Part shown: piece after piece, positions 1 to 14,010 of the stretch
Position numbering within the stretch: the first letter of the stretch is position 1
Layout: the number at the start of each line of letters is the position of its first letter
Source: Octopus vulgaris
Taxonomy: Eukaryota
Direction of reading: 5' to 3'
Assembly: GCA_951406725.2 (NCBI GenBank)
Contig: OX597821.1
Coordinates: 87,544,001-87,608,000, forward strand
Length of the DNA stretch: 64,000 nucleotides
The notes under the pieces: model-generated
Databases searched by the model: none
Told to the model about the DNA's origin: nothing
The model's input: the letters and a program-made list of their open reading frames with translations, nothing else
Program-made: the position numbers and the translations under genes

Positions 1-434
1 TGGGAAAGAGTGCGTACCTCTACACGAATGCCCTATCCGATGCCAACGACTTTAGCACAAAAATCTCGATATGCTTCGTGTGGGACGATGTGTAGACAAG
101 CCCTAAGGTTGTGGTATCTACACAGATGCTTGACAAGCAAGTGAGTGCGGTTTAGGCTTGTCAAGAACTCGTCCCTTTCATGGTGTTACAACCAACTGAA
201 GACTAAGATTAATCGCCGGCTTCTGGAATATTACCAGGTGCTAACAGTTCTCTACCATCAAGGTAATGATGTGAGTAGTACCCCGTTCTCAGAATTCTCT
301 TGTATTAGCGATAAGCAAAATCCACGAAACCTTGAAGTTCTCCAGTGACTCTAGGCGTTGATGGACACCAAGTAAATAGTCTATGGACAATTTCTAGAAA
401 TCTCCGACTAGTTTAATGATCCTTGATCTTTGAC

Positions 435-622
435 TGTTTCTTTACCTCCTCTCGGACACATTTTTGGGTCAGCTGGGTCCGAGATATATATCAAAGGCAG
501 ATTTTCGTCCCAGTCCTCGAACAATGATGATGATGATGCTTCTTTGCCTCCTCTCGGACACATTTTTTGGTCAGCTGGGTCCGAGACATATATCAAAGGC
601 AGATTTTCGTCCCAGTCCTCGA
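435..622 (+). repeat. 86-bp direct duplication flanking a 16-nt RTE LINE 3' tail
   Basis: 435-520 and 537-622 match with 4 substitutions. The spacer (tcga)acaatgatgatgatga matches the 3' end of the RTE fragment at ~29087-29106. Confidence 0.8.
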
Positions 623-841
623 GAATTATATCTAAGAATTTGGTTTAATTGGCTTTTTCAGTTAGAAACCATGCCTCGAAAATAATGTAGTAAGGTCCGT
701 GTGTGATATTGTGTATTCGTTTCATATTGTATATAACTTGGCTGTGTCGAGATATTACTCAACCGATTTAATCCTGTCTGTGCACGTATTTAGATATGAC
801 CAGGACTGAGTAACCGGAAATGATGCTGTCTTATTGTGGTT

Positions 842-1178
842 TCTACTCTTTTGCTTGTTTTAGTCATTGGATTGTTGCCATGCTGAGGAACGACCATGAA
901 GGGTTTAGTTGAAAACATGGTTGGTAGTACTTACTCTTTTAAGTTTGATACGTACTTATTCTATCGGTCTCATTTGCCGAACTGCTAAATTACGGGGAGG
1001 TAAACACACGTACACATACGACGAGCTTCTTTCAGTTCCGTCCACCAAATCCACCAAATCCACTGAGAAGGATTTGGTCGACTCGAAGCTACAGTAGATG
1101 ATACTTGCTCAGGGTGCCACACACTGCGACTGAACCCGGAACCAAAGGCTGGGAAAAAAACTTCTTAGGACACAGCCG
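842..1178 (-). mobile_element. Degenerate SINE family A copy
   Basis: Reverse complement matches family A motifs (gggttcagtc, ggatttggt, gaccgatagaataagta, cagcatggc, aaacaagcaaaagag). Confidence 0.75.
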
Positions 1179-1823
1179 GGCTTAGGCTGTATTTCTAAGT
1201 GTAGTGTTTCAGTTTAATTTTAAAAATCTAGATTGCTGTAACCACCGACAGGATCTGTTTCGTGATCGGAATAAAGGATCACGTCTTGGAATATATAGGT
1301 TTGGTTGCACATTGTCAGGCATGTGTTTCCATAAATGACGCTTACAGACCTCTGTTGATGGACAATTGCGGTCCCTAAAATATCCACCCTTGCATTTTAG
1401 AAAGGATTAACGAAGAATATGAGGGACAATGACCTGGGGACACTCTGGACGTTGAAGAGGATGTGCAGTGTGCGGCTTTTTGAAGGGGGCTCTTAAAGCA
1501 GGGATTATTGATAATTGACAAATATCCTTGGCTTAGCAGTGACTACGAGATGGTCAGATATGTTAATACTTACAGCCGGACGTGACCGAAATACTGAGAA
1601 AATGGCGAAACTGTTTGGATACGTATTCGTTCAGTGTCCGCCGGTTCTCGGTCCATGGAATTATGTTGAGCGGCTGCAATCAGATGCGGTAGGAATCTCG
1701 CTGTTATCTGAAATCAGTTGTGAAGATCAGGGAGGTGGAATCGATAAAATATGCGGCAGAAAGCAATGGGGTCTAATTAATCAAATGTGCATGATATTTG
1801 TGCTTACACGTGAATTCATTTCT

Positions 1824-2075
<252 letters not shown>

Positions 2076-2387
2076 GTTGCTATTGTGCAAACTCTCGACT
2101 CCCTACTGCGGAAGATAGAACCATAGAAAGGCATCTCTTTGAAACCGCGACGCGGATGGACCGCGTGGGCTTTTCCGGTCGGTATCACTGTGACAGTGTG
2201 GGACATCTTGCAGGTGGAGGTTGTTGGCACCGTTCTTAATAAATACGAGGCGAATGCAGATTTGAAGGTGGGCGGCACCAGGAGAGGCGATGATGCGCCG
2301 TTGGATAACATCGTGTTGCGACAGACTAGTGGATCGGTTAAACAGCTCAGATCTGGCTCGATCCGGACCTCCAGATGGACACAGACT

Positions 2388-2398
2388 GATGGTGGTGG

Positions 2399-2453
<55 letters not shown>

Positions 2454-3066
2454 AGTAGGGATACGAATGATGCTTCTAGTGTTAGTGGTGCTGGTATGAC
2501 TTATGGAGGTCATGAAGTCAATGGTAATCATTTAAATGATTTAAATGCTTTGTTGGCTTTTAGCTCTAGGTCTGGTCAATCAGGCTTAGGTTATTATCAA
2601 GACATTCTAACCATGACTACCTCGCCCTTTTTGATTTTCAGAAGTGTAATGCACCCAGGACTACATGATGTAATATTGTAAGCTTTTATTTTGGGGTAAG
2701 TTAACTGTTTTTTCTAGCATAATGAGGAGAAGTTGTAAGAGGAAGATGATAAGGAAGAGAGGGTAATGAGAAGGTAGTAGAGAGGATAAGGATGATGATG
2801 ATGCTAGTGATGATGATGAGGAAGGAGAGGGAAAGGAGGAGTATGATGATGACAATAATTATAATGATGATGAATAGAGAGGAGAGGAAAATGAAAACGA
2901 TCATGATGCTGATGATAACGATGATGCTGGGGATGATGGAGTTGATGAGGGTGAGGCGGATGAGGAAAATGAGGAAGACGATGTCGATGATGACGTTACT
3001 GACAATGACGATGACGATGACCTTAGCAGCAATATCGATGATTACCGCAAAAATAATAATAATAAC

Positions 3067-3104
<38 letters not shown>

Positions 3105-3120
3105 TAATAATAATAATATC
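2388..3120. repeat. (GAT)n, GAG/GAT-rich and (AAT)n low-complexity block
   Basis: Directly visible. Confidence 0.9.
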
Positions 3121-3729
3121 GAGATGGTGTTGATCATATTGATCAGGCTACACGTGATCTAATATTAGAATGGCATTTTTGTAATTTAATCTTTCTGAAC
3201 AGGTAAGAAATAAAAAAGTTGGTGACATAAATTCTAAAACTTTTATTTGCACTTCTTACACACACACACACACACACACCACACACACACACACACACAT
3301 ACACACACACGCACACACACACACATACACACACACACGCACACAAACACACACAGACATACACACAGACACGCGCACACAGACACACAGACACAGACAC
3401 ACACACGCGCACATTTAGATTATATATTCCTTTACGTCTATACGTATATATAGTTATATTTCATTTCTCTCTCTCTCTCTACACACACATATACACACAC
3501 GCACACACACACACATACACACACGCACACACACGCACACACACACACGCACACATACGCAAACATATCTTTTAATGTAAAAGCAGTAAAGTATATTATT
3601 ATATATTTTACCAAGAGCAAACATTAGCTGATATCGTAGCCATGGGACAGTTCCAAATAAAGGGCCGCTTAGAGAAGACTGCTAAATTTGACATAATTAA
3701 TAGTTATATGTATATATATTCTTTTATTA

Positions 3730-4030
3730 TTTTATTCTTTTACTTGTTTCAGTCATTTGACTGCGGCCATGCTGGAGCACCGCCTTTAGTCGAGCAAATC
3801 GACCCCAGGACTTGTTCTTTGTATGCCTAGTACTTATTCTATCGTTTCTTTTGTCGAACCGCTAAGTTCGAACACACCAGCATCAACTGTCAAGCGATGT
3901 TGAGAGGTAGGGGACGAACAGACACACACACATACATGCATATACAATATACTTATATATATATACGATAAGTTTCTTTCAGTTTTTGTCTTCCAAGGCT
4001 TTGCTCGGTCCGAGGGAAGTGTCTTCTACT
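3730..4030 (-). mobile_element. SINE family A, 5'-truncated/degenerate
   Basis: ttttacttgtttcagtcatttgactgcggccatgctggagcaccgcctttagtcgagcaaatcgacccc is the reverse complement of the family A tail. Confidence 0.85.
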
Positions 4031-4153
4031 ATATATATATATATATATATATAGCAGGATTAAATAAGAAGGCAAGAAACAGAAAATATCACCTACCTAT
4101 ATATATATATAGAGAGAGATGTACATATATATATATATAGATATCAATATCTA

Positions 4154-4220
<67 letters not shown>

Positions 4221-4221
4221 T

Positions 4222-4278
<57 letters not shown>

Positions 4279-4766
4279 GCACGCACGGGATAGTATTAGT
4301 ATTGCGTTTAGTACCTCTGGAGAGCTTTCGGCCCACAAAATGAACATACGATCGTAAATCACAGATATAATATAGTGGCTTGATTAGCCACGTTTCCCTA
4401 AGATTATCTATGCAATCAGTCGGTAAAACTCCCCGTAGAGGGTTATTTAAAATCTTAAAACAACATCAGAGTAAGTTATTTCCAATAATATCAACATATC
4501 AAAATTTTAAGAAAATACAGACGTTGCAAATAGGAGTAAGTAGAGTTTATCTTTCAAGCCTCAATCAGCTTAATCACAATCTCTCTACTTTTCTATATGT
4601 ATTTATGATATTTGCAGATCAACTTGCGAGGTTTAGTTTAATTCACTGAGAAGAGGTAATGAATTGAAAACATGTACGTCGCTTTTACTAGTTGGCTTTC
4701 AAAACAGAATTCTTTTCTATCTGCGCAATCATTATTTTCTAGAACATAGATTGGTCTATGTTATAA

Positions 4767-5163
4767 CTAGCAGTATCGCCCGGCGTTGCTCGGGTTTGTA
4801 AGGAAAATAACTATATAAGCATTTTTAGAGATGTAAAGTATAATAGCCATCTCAATATGGCTAACCACAAAGGGGGGGGGTTACTGTAGCTTTTTACGTT
4901 CTGAGATTTAATAATCCATTTTTAGAGAGTTACTTCCCTTATATAATAGCAACCAAAAAATGCATTAAAAATGGGAAAAAATAATGGTAAATTTTTTTAA
5001 ATCGTAGACTCATCGTAGACGCGCGCTAATACCCAGAAGGGCTCGATATGAATCACGACTATAAGATACCCGCTTTTGGTTACACTGCACCGCAAAATGT
5101 GGGAGTAGTTAGGAATCTAAATCGTAGGAGACAGACACACAACTTGACTTTTATATATAAAGA
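4767..5163 (-). mobile_element. Non-autonomous Helitron
   Basis: Minus strand starts TCTTTATATATAAAAG and ends with the hairpin cccgagcaacgccggg followed by ...CTAG. It is inserted between A and T with no TSD, the canonical Helitron termini. Confidence 0.8.
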
Positions 5164-5334
5164 TTATCTTCTGCGTTCAAATTCCACCGACGTCGAATTT
5201 GACTTTCACCCTTTCGGTTTGGTACCAGTTGGGAGTCGATGTAATCGATTTGCATACCATCTCCCCCGAATGCTAGCTTTGTGCCAAAATTTGAACCCAA
5301 TCAATACCTTTTTCTGTTTCTGTGGTAAGAAGCT

Positions 5335-5702
5335 AGGCGCAGGCGTGGTTGGGTTCAGTCTCACTGCGTAGCACCTTGGGCAAGTGTCTTCTACTACAGC
5401 CTCGGTCCGGCCAAAGCCTTGTCAGTGGATTTGGTAGACGGAAACTGAAAGAAGATCGTCATGCATATATATGTATATATCTATCTGTGTCTTTGGGTCT
5501 GTGTTTGTCACTCCATCAATTCTTGACAACCGATGTTGGTGTGTTTACGTTCCCATAACTTTGCAGTTTTGGCAAAAGATACCGATAGAATAAGTAGTAA
5601 GCTTAAAAAATGTGTCATGGGATCGATTTGTTCGACTTAAACACTTCAAACCGGTGCTCCAACATGGCCGCAGTCAAATGACTAGAATACGTAAAAGAAT
5701 AA
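5335..5702 (+). mobile_element. SINE family A (diverged)
   Basis: Head ggcgcagg...gggttcagtc, body ggatttggtagacggaaactgaaagaag, tail catggccgcagtcaaatgact. Confidence 0.85.
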
Positions 5703-5777
5703 AACACTGTTGTTTCTAGAATATAACTACGTCGATAGGGAGATCTTATTTGCTAATTGCAGGAAAGGTCTTAGTCG

Positions 5778-6003
5778 CAGCGAGCTGGCAGAATACTTCG
5801 CCGGGCGAAATGCTTAGCGGTATTTTGTCTGCCGCTACGTTCTGAGTTCAAATTCCGCCGAGGTCGACTTTGCCTTTCATCTTTTCGGGGTCGATAAATT
5901 AAGTACTAGTTACGCACAGGGGTCGATGTAATCGACTTAATCCGTTTGTCTCTCCTTGTTTGTCCCCTCTGTGTGTAACCCCTTGTGGGCAGTAAAGAAA
6001 TAA
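5778..6003 (+). mobile_element. SINE family C monomer
   Basis: gcgagctggcagaa...gttctgagttcaaattccgccgaggtcgactttgcctttcatc...gtaaagaaataa; homologous to copies at 18274, 43336 and 51820. Confidence 0.9.
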
Positions 6004-6529
6004 GATCTTAGTGTATCGAAGTTTTTGTAACTGGCCATATCATATATTGGGTAGATTTGTTCGACTGCAACCCTTCAAGGTGGTGCCCCAGCAAGGCCTC
6101 AGTACAAAGGCATAGATGACTATCAATGGCAAGTAGGGCAAGGGGTATTTATACCGTTGTCACCACCATCACTGCGACAAACTGTATCATCAACACCACA
6201 GCCATCTGCAACACTACCACGACCAATGCCCATGCTGTCATTAATACAATTAGACCAACACCATTGCTGTAGTCAATTTCTCTTGAAATTGTAGTCAGTT
6301 GTAGTCAGTGTAGTCAATAACCACTACGACTGACTTCCTATAATCACACATCATATAACGACTTGCTAGAATTGGAAACTAAATCTTCGGCAGATCAAAC
6401 CGTCATGTCTTAAATAAGGGAAGTGACTTGGCTATTTTTAGTCCTAGGTACTCTTAGATATGAGAGGATGGTTGCTAAGGAACACATTGGATCTGTTTAG
6501 TGAGCGCTAACTGTTGGCTAAACGACAAA

Positions 6530-7244
6530 AGCAACAACAACAACAACCCTTCAACCCATCAACCGTCGGCACTATACTGCCACCGACACTAATGCTACCA
6601 CTACTGTCACTACTACCATCAACATCATTCGTGGCCATGTTCACCTTCAGCTACCGCCGGCACAATCTCAACTACATCGTGCATCACTATAGCCATAATC
6701 TTTTACTGAAGACATCGCCGTTTCCACCGCTACCACCGCCACCACCACCACCACCACCACCACCACAACCGTCACTACCGCCGCCACCAGCAGCAACAGC
6801 AGCAGCAGCAGCACCACCACCACCACAACAACAACAACAATCACTACCATCACTACCGCCGATACCACCACCACTACCACCGTCATTACCACCACCACCA
6901 GGACCCCACCACCGTCACTATCACCGCCACCAGCACCACCAGCACCACCAGAACCACCAGCACCAGCACCACCAGCACCAGCACCACCACTACCACCCTC
7001 ACCGCCACCACCACCACCAGTACCACCAGCACCACCATTATCAATGCAACCGTTTCACCCTAGCATTTCTAATAAGGTGCTTTTGATAAAAAATTTTCAA
7101 ATAAGATTCGTTCCTGCTCCTTAAAAATATTTGCCAAAAATTATCAAAGATATCTTCATAATTTTCCTCCTCATCTTCGTCTTCCTCATTCTCCTCCTCC
7201 TCCTCCTCCTCCTCCTCGTCACCATCATCATCATCATCATTACC

Positions 7245-7279
<35 letters not shown>

Positions 7280-7399
7280 TAACAACAACAATAACAACAA
7301 CAACGACGTTACTAATAGTAATAACGGCGTTAACTAGAAGAAATGAAGGAAAAAAATTGTAAAACGAAAGCAGACATTAGAAAGATAAAAACATCAAAC

Positions 7400-7445
<46 letters not shown>

Positions 7446-7681
7446 TAATAATAATAATAATACTAATAATGATGATAATAATAACAATAATAATGATAAT
7501 GATAATAACAATAATAATGATAATAATGATAATAATAATAATAATGATAATAATAATAATAATGATAATAGTAATAATAATAATAATAATAATAGTAATA
7601 ATAATGATAATAACAATAATAATGATAATAATGATAATAATAATAATAATAATAATAATGATAATAATAATAATAATAATG

Positions 7682-7730
<49 letters not shown>

Positions 7731-7732
7731 TG

Positions 7733-7772
<40 letters not shown>

Positions 7773-7850
7773 TAATAATAATAATAATAATGATAATAAT
7801 AGCAACAACAACAACAACAGCGATAACAATAATAGTAACAAAAATAGAAT
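6530..7850. repeat. Long compound microsatellite (CCA/CAG/CAA, CTC/CAT, AAT/GAT)
   Basis: Directly visible; explains the poly-P/H/I/L ORFs. Confidence 0.95.
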
Positions 7851-8414
7851 AAACACAAAAGAAAGAGTAATATATAAATCAAAAGAAAAATGGACTGCAT
7901 CAGCATCAGCAGCAACAGCAGCAGCAACAACTATAACAGAAACAACAAAAACGTACGCCAAAAATAGAAATAATCCATAACAAAACAATTATTGAAAAAG
8001 AATAAAAAGAAATAAAAAACAATGGAGAAAACTTAATAGAAAATGTATATAAGTAAAATGATTCCAACAACAATAAGAAAAATATAAGTATGAGAAACAA
8101 GAACAACAATAGAAGCATAAGAAAAACGGTGATATGTAAGAAAAAATAAATTATTTTTCAAAAGCAACAAATCTATATTATATATGTATATATGTATGTA
8201 CGTACCTTTCACTCTCCCTCACTCGGTATGTGTATGTATATATATATTTATATATATACATATACATATACATATATATATAAATATATAGATATATATA
8301 TTTATATATATGTGTGTGTGTGTGTGTATATTAATAATAGTTTGTTTTGGCTCCTTGTAACGTAAAGTTTCACAGGGTTGTTCATCAAATGTAACTCGCG
8401 TGGTACGGAGATCA

Positions 8415-8514
<100 letters not shown>

Positions 8515-8520
8515 ATATAT

Positions 8521-8830
8521 CAACGTGATCACCGTGACCGACCAGGCTATCAGATGTTGCTACACATCGCTGGACATAATGCGCTTCGCATTGTTTTAGC
8601 CTTCAAATGACGCCACCCCGCTGGCTAAGCGAGCAGGACAACGAAAGAGAGAGTTAGAGAAAGTTGTGGTGAAAGAGTACAGCAGGAATCGCCACCACCT
8701 CTTGGCGGAGACTCGTGGGACTTTAGGTGTTTTCGCTCAATAAACACTCACAACGCCCGGTCTGGGAAACGAAACCGCGATCCTACGACCGAGTGTCCGC
8801 TGCCCTAACCACTGGGCCATTGCGCTTCCA
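8521..8830 (-). mobile_element. SINE family B' (family B head and body with an alternative tail)
   Basis: Head is the reverse complement of ggaagcgcaatggcccagtggttagggcagcggac...; the tail ...gcaacatctgatagcctggtcgg is shared with 22292-22535. Confidence 0.85.
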
Positions 8831-9114
8831 CATGTATGCATATATATACACATATATATGTATATGTACACATATACACACATATATATATAGATATATG
8901 TATATATATATACACACACATATATATATATAGTTAATCCAAATATGAAAACACAACAACGCGAGGACACGGAACAAGTATAGTGTTATTGGACGCTCAG
9001 AAAAGGAAAGAAAGAAGGATGAGTTAAGGTCCAAGGAAGGGAAGACGGAGGAAAAAATCACCAACGATACACACGCGGTCACACACACACACACATATAT
9101 ATATATATGTATAT

Positions 9115-9160
<46 letters not shown>

Positions 9161-9219
9161 GTTTAAATATTTGTTGTGCAAGATTTTTTATTGGCTAAAC
9201 TGGCAATATGACCATTCCG

Positions 9220-9254
<35 letters not shown>

Positions 9255-9259
<5 letters not shown>

Positions 9260-9895
9260 GAAGAAGACAGGTGTATAAACAGCAAGTAGGTGTATTAGTT
9301 TGACGCTCGGGAGGTACTTTTACGTTCGAGCCTAGGCTCCTCCACAGAAAGGGACTCGAGGAAATAATCAGAGGGAGAAAAAAAAGCATTTGGAGTTAAC
9401 AGTCAATCATAGCGACTGGCTGGGCTGAGGTAGTTAGACAGGAGAGCTAGGAAGAAGAGATAATAAATTATTGGTGATCCCAAAATGAAGGCGCGCGCGC
9501 GTGTGTGTAATTATGTGCGTGTTGATAGGTGTTGGTGACCTAGATGTGTGTATGTGTGCGTGTGTGTGGGTTTGAGGTGAGGATGTTAGGTTAAGGGTGG
9601 GGTAAGTGGGAGTAGCGGTGAGATATGTGGAAGTAGGGGTGGAGTATGTTAAACCGGTACCCAACACGTTGACAGGTGCCCTCAAAATGATCGACTGCTT
9701 TGGAACTGGCCCGGAGCTGGCGTCCAGTGGGATGGTCGGCGGCCCAGGTCGGTGAAGTAGTCCTCTTCGTTAGATGCAAGTGGAGTGTTGTGGAATAGTG
9801 CATATAGACTTACACGGCCCACAAAGCTATGAATATCAGCACGGGTCTGAAATTCATTACTAGATGGAGAGAGAGGGATGAAGCGCAGACTCACT
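9255..9895 (-). mobile_element. Internally deleted Penelope-like element (ORF N-terminal remnant plus terminal repeat)
   Basis: Minus ORF 9682-9894 (LRFIPLSPSSNEFQTRADIHSFVGRVSLYALF...SHWTPAPG) resembles the N-terminal region of PLE ORFs (GLxFxP...NEF...FxRRLRL...SxWTPP). Segment 9255-9390 is homologous to 22075-22260, 54940-55010 and 63340-63512. Confidence 0.65.
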
Positions 9896-10076
9896 ATTAT
9901 GCACTATTATGCAACTCAAACATTGATTGACATAAACCAATATATAAATATCAAATAATATATATATAATTAATATAATATATATATATTTATTAATTTT
10001 TAATTTTTAAATTTTTAATTTAATTTAATTTTTTTCCCAAAAAGTATAAAAAGAATGATAAATATAATAAGTAAAA

Positions 10077-10178
10077 ACACTACGTACGTTTCATGGCTAT
10101 TATTAAATTCGAATTACAATTAAGTTTAAATTCAATTGAAATAAATTCGAACTAAAATTATAGTCAATCTTCAGGTTA
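10077..10178 (-). ncRNA. Type-I hammerhead-like motif with a long AT-rich stem II
   Basis: Minus strand reads CTGAAGA - t tgactat...(long imperfect hairpin)...atagcca t - GAAA - cgtacg - TA. Stem III is palindromic (ACGTACGT); stem I is weak. Confidence 0.55.
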
Positions 10179-10425
10179 ATGATAATAGTTAAATAAATAA
10201 GCAAATAGAGTTAAACAATATTTTTTTAAGAAATAAAATAATAATTTTTCTTATAGAAAAAACTCCATTATCTAAATTAGAAAGTTAAAACATTATGATT
10301 ATTTCCAACAACCCATTTCTTATGTTAAAAATTAAAAAGAGAAGAAAAAATACTGTAAAATTTACTTTAATACTAAATTAAATTTTTCCCTGTAAGTTTG
10401 GAGCAATACTGTAAGTTTGGAGTAA

Positions 10426-10513
<88 letters not shown>

Positions 10514-10519
10514 TACATA

Positions 10520-10760
10520 TAGTAAATTCTAATAAACAAACAATTCAAATAAACGAGTAAAAATTAACGGGTAACAAGCGGAAGTGCGCAAAAATATATT
10601 AGCTTGATACTCACTGAAATAAGTGAGTTTGACGTTTCGCTCATAGCTCTTCACCGGAAAGGGAAAAGGAAAAGTCCAAAGAAGGAAAAGATATCGCAAA
10701 CAGTACGTCTGTAATCACATTGCTGAAGTGACCGGAAGTAGAAAGAGATAGCGAAAGTGG
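10520..10760 (-). mobile_element. PLE-like terminal fragment with a degenerate hammerhead motif (10628-10660)
   Basis: Minus strand ttt-CCGGTGA-a-gagctatgagc-GAAA-cg-TC-aaa; the fragment abuts (TA)n/(TTA)n. Confidence 0.45.
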
Positions 10761-12325
10761 TACACACACACACATACACAAACGGGTGCAAACACATACA
10801 AAATATATGAAGATATATATATATGTATGTAACTATGTGTATGTGTGGGTGCACGTGCGTTTTTTTATATGTGTATTTGTATCTTCGTGTTTATTTCCAC
10901 ATCTGGTGCTGGTTTGTTTACGTACTCGTATATTAACAGTTCGGTAAACTGCCCTAGCGTAGTATAGTTCAATGACTGAAACAAGTGAAAGCATAAAAGA
11001 ATAAAAGAATTAGTAATGACAACCATCTTGTAAAATTGACAGAATATCAAATTTGGAGTCTGCTTCGTAAACATTTAATCGGAAATGACTAAACTGAACT
11101 GCTTTAATTGATTTTGCTTATATATAATTGCATTTTAAGCACTAAAAGATGTCAAACCTAAATTATCAATAATTCTTTTCTGAACAGTTCGTTCGCTCTC
11201 TTTTCTTCTTTTTTTTTTTACCTGAAACTCGAACATTGAGTAGATGCTATAAGTTGTTTTGCTGAGTTAATGATATTGAAGTTGTTATTCTCGTTGTTGT
11301 TGTTGAAGCACGAAGTCAGACCTGATAGAGCAAACTCAGATTTATTCTGAGTCAGATGTAAAAACCAAAAAAAATATCGAAACAAAAATGGGTAATGTGT
11401 GTCTATGCCATATTTCGGGATTTTTTACCCTTTCATCAGTACCCATCTAACCCATTCTCACCTCCAAATACATTGCTTATATAGCCACTGCATACAACGG
11501 TGTTAAGTTATTGGACATACTAATTTACATATTAAACGCATTCCTAAAACAATAGAACAATATCTTATATACTTTACAGTATATTATGGTTGTATAACGA
11601 ACCTACAAATCACTAAGCTCACATTTAGTACGTATATCACTAAGCTCACATTTAGTATATATATATATATAGAATCGCTAAAGTTATACGCAGAGATACA
11701 GACAACTCTAGCTATAACAAATACCGTAATATCTCAACAGCTATGATATTATCACCATCGTGTATAGTTACTATCATATCAGTACATACCTTGAATTTAT
11801 CAGCATACCATAAGCTGCTACCAAAACAGTACTACAAGTACCATGTCAAGGCAGTCCTGCATAACACAGTATGGAATGGTCAGGGTTGGAACGCCACTGA
11901 ATTTCGTTCTTGTGCATCAGTGCTGATATTGGTGTCACTAATGATATAGTATTAACGCCATCCCTTAAAATTCGAACATTTTCACTTAGACGTGCATAAC
12001 GAAATCAAATACGATACGTGATTTGAATAAAAGCTACTACTACTACTACTACTACTACTAATACTAATACTGTGGCTGTTGCTACTACTACTGCTGCTGC
12101 TTTCCTTGCTACTGCTGCCTTGCCGGCGGTAGTAATGAAAAAAAATAATACATTCATTATTTTTTATTTCTACTTCAAGGTTACATTTTATGTCACTGAA
12201 AGTTACAAATGTCGGCCATTTTGTTTTTAATCTCTTTTCTTCTTCCTTAAAGTTGCCATATTTACTGCTATTATTGATACTAATTTGCATTTCCTTTTCG
12301 TATCAGTACAGGCACGTGCATCCTC

Positions 12326-12370
<45 letters not shown>

Positions 12371-12427
12371 ACACACACACACTTTCTCTCTCACACACTC
12401 ACACACGCATGCACATATATATATGTA

Positions 12428-12475
<48 letters not shown>

Positions 12476-12478
12476 ATG

Positions 12479-12529
<51 letters not shown>

Positions 12530-13332
12530 GATATGTATATACATATATATATATATATACGTGTTTATGTACATATATATATATGTATGTATGTATGTAT
12601 GTATATATAGTATATAGTACATATATATATGTGTGTGTGTGTATGTTTGTAGATACATGCATAGCCGAAAGCAGATAATATTACAGGAACATATGATACT
12701 TGTACGTTTTAGTTAGCAAGCACAGGCATACACAGATACAAAGAAAAACAAAGCAAAGCATATACATTGAAAAAGCTACGACATATGAATGCTGTCACAC
12801 TCATGCAAGTATTCAAAAACACACCTACACAAATTAACATACACTTGGTATACTCAAACACACACACTGAATGATACACAGACATATGCAACTAACGATT
12901 TTGCATATACGCATAAATTGCGATACATACAGATCATTCACCAACTTGTATAATTCTCACGAGGAATTTATAAAACATGACTCCTACCTTGCAGTACTGG
13001 GTAGCGAACATGTTCGGTCAGTGTATGCTGGAGGTCCTCTTATGAGCCAATTAGAACCCCGTAGCCTGCAAATATCAGACTACTAATTCTACGTAGACCG
13101 ATCCTACGCTCACTAATTGCGATGCGATATCCACAATGTTCGCGCATGTCAATTCAGTTCATAAATAAAACTCATCAAAAGGGGGGAAAGGTGACAATAA
13201 GCACCCCCACCGAAGCCCAACGCCCGCATTGAAAGGTGTACATGTTTGTGAGTGTGCATTTGTAACGTGATACAATTATGCATGAGATGTGGCTGATGTA
13301 GTTGTTTAAATCCAGAGCTATGATCAAAAGGT

Positions 13333-13714
13333 GGAGGCGCAATGGCCCAGTGGTTAGGGCAGCGGACTCGCGGTCATAGGATCGCGGTTTCGATTCCCAG
13401 ACCGGGCGTTGTGAGTGTTTATTGAGCGAAAACACCTAAAGCTCCTCGAGGCTCCGGCAGGGGATGGTGGTGATCCCTGCTGTACTCTTTCACCACATCT
13501 TTCTCTCACTCTTATTTCCTGTTTCTGTTGTACCTGTATTTCAAAGGGCCGGCCTTGTCACTCTCTGTGTCACGCTGAATATCCCCGAGAACTGCGTTAA
13601 GGGTACACGTGTCTGTGGAGTGCTCAGCCACTTACACGTTAATTTCATGAGCAGGCTGTTCCTTTGATTCGGATCAACCGGAACCCTCGTCGTCGTAACC
13701 GACGGAGTGCTTCC
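13333..13714 (+). mobile_element. SINE family B, full length with TSD
   Basis: tRNA-like head with A box (tggcccagtgg) and B box (ggtttcgattcc). 13-bp TSD atgatcaaaaggt at 13320-13332 and 13715-13727. Confidence 0.95.
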
Positions 13715-13875
13715 ATGATCAAAAGGTGTGATCATCCATGACCATAGGGCTGTGTAGTAAATACATTATCCAGTATTTACATTCCTTCTCCGGAGAGGGC
13801 AGGAAATGATGTGAAGGATAATTGACGGTTATTTCTTGCAAGTCGAGTGACTTCTTACGGATTTTCTTACTTGTT

Positions 13876-14006
13876 CTCTTTTACTCTTTTACTCTTTTAC
13901 TTGTTTCAGTCATTTGACTGTGGCCATGCTGGTGCACCACCTTTTAGTCGAGCACATCGACCCCGGGACTTATTCTTTGTAAGCCCAGTACTTATTCTAT
14001 CGGTCT
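13876..14006 (-). mobile_element. SINE family A 3' tail fused to the 5S copy
   Basis: Minus strand agaccgatagaataagtactgggcttacaaagaataagtcccggggtcg...gactgaaacaa(gtaaaaga)n is near-identical to the tails at ~19360-19480 and ~27870-28000. Confidence 0.92.
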
Positions 14007-14010
14007 GCTA

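Noticed and set aside
4300-4700. Possible PLE terminus with partial GAAA motifs
   Set aside because: Core boxes and stems are too degenerate to support a call.
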